Assembly (NCBI RefSeq): GCF_006345805.1
Contig: NC_043019.1
Span: 8,121,360 to 8,185,359, forward strand
Length of the DNA: 64,000 nt
Direction of reading: 5' to 3'
Source: Octopus sinensis
Lineage: Eukaryota
The stretch's first letter is position 1. Each line of letters opens with the position of its first letter. Of this stretch, positions 55,441 to 64,000 are shown piece after piece. Below the pieces are notes generated by a model that was not told the DNA's origin, searched no databases, and saw only the letters and a list, made by a program, of their open reading frames with translations. The position numbers and the translations under genes were made by a program.

Positions 55441-55879
55441 TCTTTCAATCCACAAACGAGAAAATCAGTCATGTGTAACCTCCAGTTCTCTCGGCGCTTT
55501 ACCATTCTGACTGTACTGATGTCTTTTGTCGCTGTTTCCGTTGTGTCAAATTACATATAATCGACCTATGATTAGATTTATCTTAACCAATTATATTGTC
55601 TTTTCAATACAAGTATATATATATATATTATTTTATAATTATATACATAATTATAACAAGGGGTCAGCTTAAACATCACCACCCGCTCCTAAAAATAGAC
55701 GTTAAAGCCTTTTTTATTACCTTAAAATCTCCGAGCTTAACAAACATATTATTATAATTATATATATATATAATTATAAAATAATTTTAAAATTTACCCA
55801 AGAGGTTTTTATTTTCCCTATTGCCTACTTGGTTAAAATCATTATTGATTTTAACTTATATTATTACTAAAGTAATATT

Positions 55880-55927
<48 letters not shown>

Positions 55928-55928
<1 letters not shown>

Positions 55929-56127
55929 CGGGAAGGTTTACGAAAATAGACAAAAGACGAAGGCAGGTTGAGTACAAACAAACAATGTATTAGTATGGCG
56001 CTCAGGAATAGAAATAAAACAAGACGTTTACGTTTCGAGCCTACGCTCTTCGACAGAAAGATACACAGAAAAGAAACAAGGAGAGAAAAAAATTGCGTGT
56101 AGGGGCTAACGATCCAACATGTCGTTC
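55928..56127 (-). mobile_element. Solo Penelope terminal repeat in (TA)n with variant hammerhead (56025-56061)
   Basis: Homologous to 52066-52252. CTTT-CTGTCGAA-GAGC(gtag)GCTC-GAAA-CG-TA-AACG. Confidence 0.85.
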
Positions 56128-56164
<37 letters not shown>

Positions 56165-57017
56165 GTGTGTGTGTGTGTGTGTGTGTATTACGGAGATGTA
56201 CTTACATGGCAAGTGACTTGATCTAGTTTAATTTGCCCAAATATTCTCATCGTTTTGAGACCGCGACCTGATCCCTGACAAACTTCCATGCTGCATCTGA
56301 ATGTGAATTCGTCGTTTGATAGGAGTAATTTCGAAAAGATTTCTAACATTATTTCTTCGTACTGTATATTAATCTACCGATATGAATTGGCGTAGACATG
56401 AAAATATACAGAGACGGTGTCGGGAATATTTGAGCAATAGAGGGAATGCTGTCTGTAGGACGCCGCAAATTTCACTGTTCATTGTGTGGTACAAAGGTTT
56501 GTTGGAGTCCTTATGTGTATTCACTACCATGCAGCTACTCCTTCAGTTACTAACGTAGATGTAGATGACTTTGTCCAGATACCAAGACAGGATCTTGAAA
56601 CCACAGTATGGAGCAACAAGTGAACTGAAATTGAATATATCTATATGGATGTGTGTGAATGAAACAGCACGTGAATGTAATGGAATAGCAATGTAAAGAG
56701 AAGCAGAAATAAACAGGAAAATAAGAAAGAGAAATTAAATAAGAAACAAGAGAAGAGAAATACGCGTAAAGGAAAACAACGATTTTAATCTGACGGAATT
56801 ACGCAAGCCATATTTGCGTCACAACTCATTTAAATTTAACTTGAAAGCGGAAAGTAAAACTTCAGTCGCACACTAAAATATTTAACACTTTGTTTTGTAC
56901 TTAGTTTAAATATTCAAACGGAACCATTGAAAACGAAAAGGAAAAGCAAAATGCCAAGATTACGTAATGTTAACTTGTTTATATTAATTTCAGTTATCGT
57001 ATTGTTTCTTTTCAAGT

Positions 57018-57095
57018 GTAACAGCTAACAGCTGTTTTCCATTGTTTAAGTAGCGTTAGAACACAACCCTCATCATACTTGTCATCAGGTGTTAC
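57018..57095 (-). ncRNA. Type I hammerhead-like motif
   Basis: GTAACAC-CTGATGA-CAAGTA..TACTT-aaacaatg-GAAA-ACAGCTGT-TA-GCTGTTAC; irregular stem II base. Confidence 0.55.
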
Positions 57096-59761
57096 GAAAA
57101 TTTATGGTAAAATAAATGTTTTACAATTACATATATATATATATATATACATATATGAATGTATATCTGTGTATACACACATACACATACACAAACACAC
57201 ACGCACATTTGGATATAAACAGAGAGAAAGAGAACGGAAAAATGGGAGAGAGAGAATACAAAAATTAAAATAGCACAAAATGGTTGCAATGCAAAATACA
57301 GGAAGAAATGACTACAAAACTGTTTTAGTAAATTTCGATAAAAAATTTAGGGAGAAAAATAAAAATATAAATTGAAAGAAATAATGGCGGCATTTCTTTG
57401 GAATAAATAATAATTAAGTTTATTGAGAATGTGAAAGAATTTTTTTTTAAATCCAGATAAACAATGAATGGATATAGCCATATTGGTTTTCTTAAAGTTA
57501 TATATATTTCTTTATAAATCGAATTTTAATAGAAAATTGCTCAATATTGGTAGCTACATGTGAACACACACACGCACCATCACACACACACAAACATAAT
57601 CACACATTTACACACACACAATCATAAAGAAACATACGCACAGACATACATATTTCGTTTTTTGGTACATTATCCTTGTTCTGGTCCTCAATTACGTACT
57701 TACAACTTTCTACTTTGTTACACATATTTCTTCTGTATATCGTGAAACAAATATATTTTCCCATATATATGCAGACATATTTAGATGTTATATACATTAG
57801 ATATCAACTAAAATGTTTTGAGTATATCATTTCAAATGTGCTCTAACAATTAGAGTATATATGGATATTCCAGCGAAAAGATGTCACTGACTGATCTCCG
57901 ATGATAAAATAAAATCCTCGTAGGTTTACCAAATAAAAATAATCGTAAAGAGTATTTGATAATTGTTACGTTTCCCTTGGGTGGAATATAATTTCGACGA
58001 AACATTGTACTGTTAAATAGAGAAATTTCTTCCATTTGTTATTTGCAGTATTCGTCGAAGACAGCCACGTAAGAAGTAGCAATAAGAGGTGCTTGCAATA
58101 TCGATGAGTGCAGTGACACGAGTAACATAAGCAAACCTTCTGGAAAAGATTTTCAGATGCGAAAATATCTCTAAAAGAAAACATATGGAGAATAAGCGCA
58201 GAGATGATATGATGTTATAGAAACAAATGGACAAAAATGTATGCTAAAAATATTAATTGTAAATATTATAAATATCAATGACGATGGAGTGACTATGTTG
58301 AGAAATACAAAATCCCATTGTTTTAAGGGTTTACAAAGGAAAGGACAGCCACGAAAGTTACCGTATTTTCCTTATTTCAATGGAAGGGTGTCACTACATA
58401 TGTCTTGCATTAAAATAATGAATCACATACAGTCAGCAGTTATAATATATTAAGAGCGATATTATCACCCCAACACATCTAACCGGCAAACATAAAAGTC
58501 CTTAAAGCAACAAAAACATGGCGCCATTTGTACTGAAGTGATCATCACTACATTAAGGAGGGACGAATTTTAAAGAAATCAACCAAGGAAAGTCAGTTGA
58601 TTTGCAACTGGGCAAATAAAGATGCAAGTCCACACAACACAACATCACCGCGTGACGCTCGGAAGACGGGTCTTTAAAAGAGCATAATCTCTGGTTTCAT
58701 CCAGATCTCTAAGTGGGGATTATCTGTGAATAGGTGACGTTCAGCAGACTAAGTCTCACCTCCACCTGCACAGAAAGAAAATAATCGGGCAGAGTGGGTC
58801 CTGTTTAATTCAACTCTCCTAAATAATGCCGTCTGATTATTATGTTCTGCAGTTGTACATATCTGGCGGAACAGGAATGCCTTAATGCGATGGCCCATGT
58901 TGTGCAGCCCTGCACTGTATATGCGATACTAGCAGCAACTGCATCGTAGTGAGTATGTTTGGTCACCGTTTCTCAGCTGGATTTTTCACAAAACAAAAAT
59001 GACCATATTCCATTGGATATGAATTTTGCCAGAGGTAGCAACGAAAAGGTGATAAATTTCCGATTCCTCAATGAATATTTTTTATTAATTGTTGAAGCGG
59101 GGTTGTGTGAAACTAACTCTCGACACTAAGAAAAATAATCTGTTGCCATGGTGAAAAAGAAATATTGACGAAAGCCAAAAGAGTAATACAATGTCTACTG
59201 CAATAACAGCTAAATATTTGTGAAATAAATTTAACGGGAAAAAATTATCTTTTTACTACTTTTTGCAACTTCATATGTATTCATCGATGAAATTTCTTAA
59301 TTAATCAGGCGAATGGATTTCTAAGTTAATTCACGGTGTCAGTATTTTTTCATCCAGAAAAAAACTTCCGTTTACAAAAGACAACAATATCACTGCAGAA
59401 AATATAGCTGAAGTGCTTTTTGGGGTTTTTTTTATCACTCCAAACCGCACATTCAAAACAATCCATCCATTCATCACTCAATCAATAAGTCAATCTATCA
59501 ATCAATTAATCAATCAATCAATCAATCAATTAATCAATATATCGAACAGTCGTTTAATCAATCAAATTATCTGTCAACTATGTATCTAAAAGCAGCCCCT
59601 CCATTGCACTCTGCCAGAATTACCTTCATTTTCTCTGTCCCACCGCTTTTCTCTCTCTCTCCCTAACTTCATTTCTCTCTCTCGCCCTGTACATATATAT
59701 ATATATATATATATGTGTGTGTATATATATACATATATACACACACACATACATATATATA

Positions 59762-59830
<69 letters not shown>

Positions 59831-59896
59831 CATATATATATATATGTATATCTTTTGAATTATCCTAAATAAGATAATTCATTCAACTACTCAAAT

Positions 59897-60034
<138 letters not shown>

Positions 60035-60516
60035 TTGTATATATGTGTGTGTGTAAAAGGTTGAGTTCAATTAGAACAGTTGTACTTTGGAGGTCCAAAG
60101 TTGTAGTTATATAAATTTGTGTGTGTATGAATGTATGTATGTATGTATGTAGAGAAATGGATCTTTGTAATCAGCTCAGTGTCTATTGTGTGTATGCCGA
60201 TGGCTTTCAATACCTTCAAATCTGTCAATTTAAGCCATTGTTAATCACATTTCTACAACACCCGCTCCTCTTCATTCAAGAGGTGGATCTCCAAGATACA
60301 TACCAAAGAAGCACACACATAGATTTCTCTATAACCCTATCCAGATGTATGGATGTACATACGCCACTTACATAGTTGAATATATACAAATATATATACA
60401 TATAATATTATATAATATATATGTGTCTGCGTGTGTATACGTATATATATATATATATAGGTATATATACATATAGATACATGCATGCACGCATGCACAT
60501 ATAATTATGTGTATGT

Positions 60517-60570
<54 letters not shown>

Positions 60571-61461
60571 TATACATACATACTTGTGTATGTACAGACA
60601 TTTCTGCGTACATATACGCCTTTTTATGCACAAATGCTTACTTGAAGACATGCAATTACCAATATGAATCTCTTTGAATCACGCAAAAACGAAACTGATT
60701 TATCGTATTCTGTCAAAACTCTATCATTTCGGATATTTTAATTAACAAACTGATATCATAATTAGATTTGATGTATGAAATATGAATTAAAATGCAATTA
60801 GTAGCTACAGAGAGATTAATGATGATGTATAATGTCACGGATGAATGTGGAAAAATTTATTAAATGTATAGCTGATGAAAGAGTATGCGAAAATACCAAT
60901 ATTTAAACAATAATATTAATTATTGACGATAATAGCATGCTGTAGAAAATAGCAATTGTAGAATCGGTAAATATTGTTTGGGATTTCTCGTGGAGGCATT
61001 TGATAACCCTTATGGTTGTTTTGTGTGTTTGTCTGAAGATGAAGGTAATTGTTTAGGATTTAAGAAAGGAAAAATTGTTATTAACGGTGGATTTCGAGGT
61101 ACATCAATGAAACTACCGGGTGCGCGGGTATGTTGTCACTCCTGCTCGTGCTGCTGATGATGTGACACCTCCTCCTCCTCCTCCTCCTCCTCCTTCTACA
61201 ACAACAATAACAGAAACTACTAAGAAAATTTCTACTACAACAACAACTGTTACTGCTGCTGCTGCTACTACTATTACTACTACTACTACAACTACTAGTA
61301 ATAATAATAATAATAATAAACAATGAAGATAAAAATCTTACTTTATACCCTCGTGTACCCATGAATAGACACACACACATACACACGCTCACACAAATAT
61401 GAATATATGCAGATGCACATAATCGATATATGTATAGATTCATGTATATATATATGCATAT

Positions 61462-61508
<47 letters not shown>

Positions 61509-61666
61509 GATATGTATTGATATACATGTATATACATATATGTATGTATACGTACATATACATTCATATATATATATATAATATATATATATATATATAC
61601 ATATTTGTCTATCTATCTATTTATCTCTGTCTCTCTCTCTATATGTATATATATATATATATATAA

Positions 61667-61699
<33 letters not shown>

Positions 61700-62221
61700 T
61701 GAGGGACAGAGCATCATCGATCCCTAACCTTATACAAGCACACGCCATAATTAAATAATTTTCTATCAAAAATATAGGCCGTGTTAAAATGTCAAATATG
61801 AACAACAATTCTGTCACTCGAAGATAAAATGTAGTTGATTAATGCCACCCTTTTGACCATAACTGGATGAGACTTTCAGCCAGTGAGACTGATTATCTTT
61901 TGTTATGATTTCATTTAAAAATCTACTGGAAACGAAATTAGTTTTGTTTATAAATTGTATGGACTTATTATTAACTTTCAACTTTCTATGCACAGATTAA
62001 ACTATTTATGGGGTCAATAAACATTTGCCGATCTACTAACAGCTGTCCTTTTTTTGTGCAGGATACACAAATAGATATGGAGATACACGAACACGTCAAT
62101 GTTATTAAAATACAAAGCAAATTCATTAAGAGTCTGAAATGTAGACATTAGAGTAAAGCCTCAGTGTTTTGAGGAAGTTGGGTGAGTAAACAATAGAACT
62201 AAAAAATGGAGTAATATATAT

Positions 62222-62254
<33 letters not shown>

Positions 62255-62371
62255 TAAATATATATATATAAGTAGGTGAATGAATTATCATATGTTTATC
62301 GTCAGCATGGAAAATTCGTTTAACCGAAACATATAAATATATATGTATGTATATATATGTATATATATCTA

Positions 62372-62457
<86 letters not shown>

Positions 62458-62493
62458 TATATATGTATGTATGTATGTATGTATATATATACT

Positions 62494-62646
62494 GGTGCAG
62501 GAGTGACTGTGAGGTTCGAAGCTTGCTCCTAACCACATGGTTCCGGGTTCAGTTCCGAATTGGGCGAATGTTTTGGATTATAAACATGTGAGTGGATGTT
62601 TTAGACAGAAACTGAAAGAAGCCTGTCGTATACACACACACACACA

Positions 62647-62693
<47 letters not shown>

Positions 62694-62940
62694 CATGTGT
62701 GTGTGTGTTTGTGTATCTATGTGAGTGTACTTTTCTGTCTGTATCTGTCTCCTCCACCGCTTATCAAGAGGGGTAGGTGTGTTTTCATCCCTGTAACACA
62801 GAGTTTTGGCAAAAGAGACTGATATAATAAGTACTAGGATTTAACGGTAAGCCCTCGGGGCGATTCATTCGACTAACTATTCAATGCGATGCTCCAGCAT
62901 GGCCGCAGTCGAATGACGGAGAAACTAAAAGATAAAAGAT
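62494..62940 (+). mobile_element. SINE family A, internally deleted
   Basis: Head ggtgcaggagtgactgtg, tail gctccagcatggccgcagtc. Confidence 0.8.
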
Positions 62941-63472
62941 GCGACAGAGTGATATCAGAAACTAAATTGAAAACTATAAAATGTCGTTTGATGTAAATAG
63001 TTCAGCGATAGATTTTATAAATTGCAGTTTCAATGAAATGTGTTAGAAGTTAATAGAAGTGACTAACTCGGAGAGAAAATATTAAGTGATAAGAACGCCG
63101 GCACCCAACTGATATTAATCAAATATATTTTTATTGGCCGTGGTTTGGAAGAGATGTATTAAAATCGAAAATTAGTTCAATGTAACAACAGGGGACGAAG
63201 AAATAATGAGACTACTGAGATGGAAGCTATATACTGTGATACGAGATGACTAAAAAAGAAAATAAAAAATCTCTGAGCGAGGTATAAACAGTAACTGCAC
63301 GACAATGTGAAGTATATTTGCACTTAAATATGGCTGATCACTAAGGGTGGAAGCTACTGTAGCTTGTAATCCTAGGAGAACATCTTCTCCAGCTGGCTAT
63401 TGACACACTTTCTGTGCTCTATCGGTATTTGCAAAGGGAAGCCATCCTTCCCATCGACGACCTGACGTGATG

Positions 63473-63516
63473 CGCACGGACCCGGTTTCTGAATATTTAC
63501 CCGTCATCAGTGCACG
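63473..63516 (-). ncRNA. Degenerate minimal hammerhead motif
   Basis: CGTGCA-CTGATGA-CGGGTA(aa)TATTCA-GAAA-CCGGG-TC-CGTGCG; the mismatches can be explained as transitions. Confidence 0.55.
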
Positions 63517-64000
63517 ACAATCACCGGTCTTCGATACGAAGGGTTCACAATGCAAATACATATATCCTTTTTCCAGTGACGTTTCCTCATCGATCTCGAA
63601 AAAGTGTAAACAAGCAATAATATATCTATGATTTTCTATGTAATGAAAGAAATATTAGATTCTAAATGTAATCAGGAAAAAGCATTTAAAGGCAAATAAA
63701 GGAAAATGGCCGATATCAGAATTGAATTCCGAAATAAATTAGAGAGAAACGTCGAGGAAAACTAAAAGAGTAATGATTACACAAACTCGGCAAAGAGGAA
63801 GAGATCGTATTTGAGAAATCTCGGGAGTATAATAAAGAATATAATGGGATTCCTAATTTCTTTTGCACAGAATTAATACCTAACCTTAAATGACTAGCAA
63901 TGATAATTAAATTATAAAACAAGATCGAACATCAAATCTAAATAATGGATTCTATTGATATGATGAAGAACTACGTGATAACATTGCTTCTGTCTACGGA

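Noticed and set aside
58450-58990. Possible second maT transposase remnant
   Set aside because: Only faint DASPH/DYYV-like fragments; too degenerate to call.
60872-60900. CTGATGA..GAAA motif
   Set aside because: No supporting stems.
63572-63595. CGATGA-G-GAAACGTC on the minus strand
   Set aside because: Stem II absent and stem I does not pair.

Overview
Very AT-rich animal genomic DNA, packed with (TA)n/(CA)n/(TATG)n/(TAA)n microsatellites. The tRNA-derived SINE families resemble those I recall from octopus genomes, so an Octopus origin is an inference. Nearly all ORFs in the track are microsatellite translations, and no intact host gene can be called. Recognisable content: a nearly full-length, frameshifted Penelope-like retroelement (RT + GIY-YIG, about 13.8-17.4 kb), two further Penelope remnants (RT at 34.1-34.6 kb, GIY-YIG at 51.5-52.3 kb), a maT-type transposase remnant, RTE and R4/Dong LINE 3' ends, and many SINEs of four head types. 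The main signal is about 12 type I hammerhead-ribozyme-like motifs from several unrelated Penelope-terminal-repeat families. Most have a palindromic stem III and many abut (TA)n tracts. Several sit in fold-back architectures, including a ~206-bp palindrome with head-to-head motifs. One family carries a non-canonical CUG-U-N-GAA core in two diverged copies. A duplicated segment at about 9.3-9.5 kb and 18.8-19.1 kb looks like paralogous minus-strand first exons. All pairings and alignments were made by eye.
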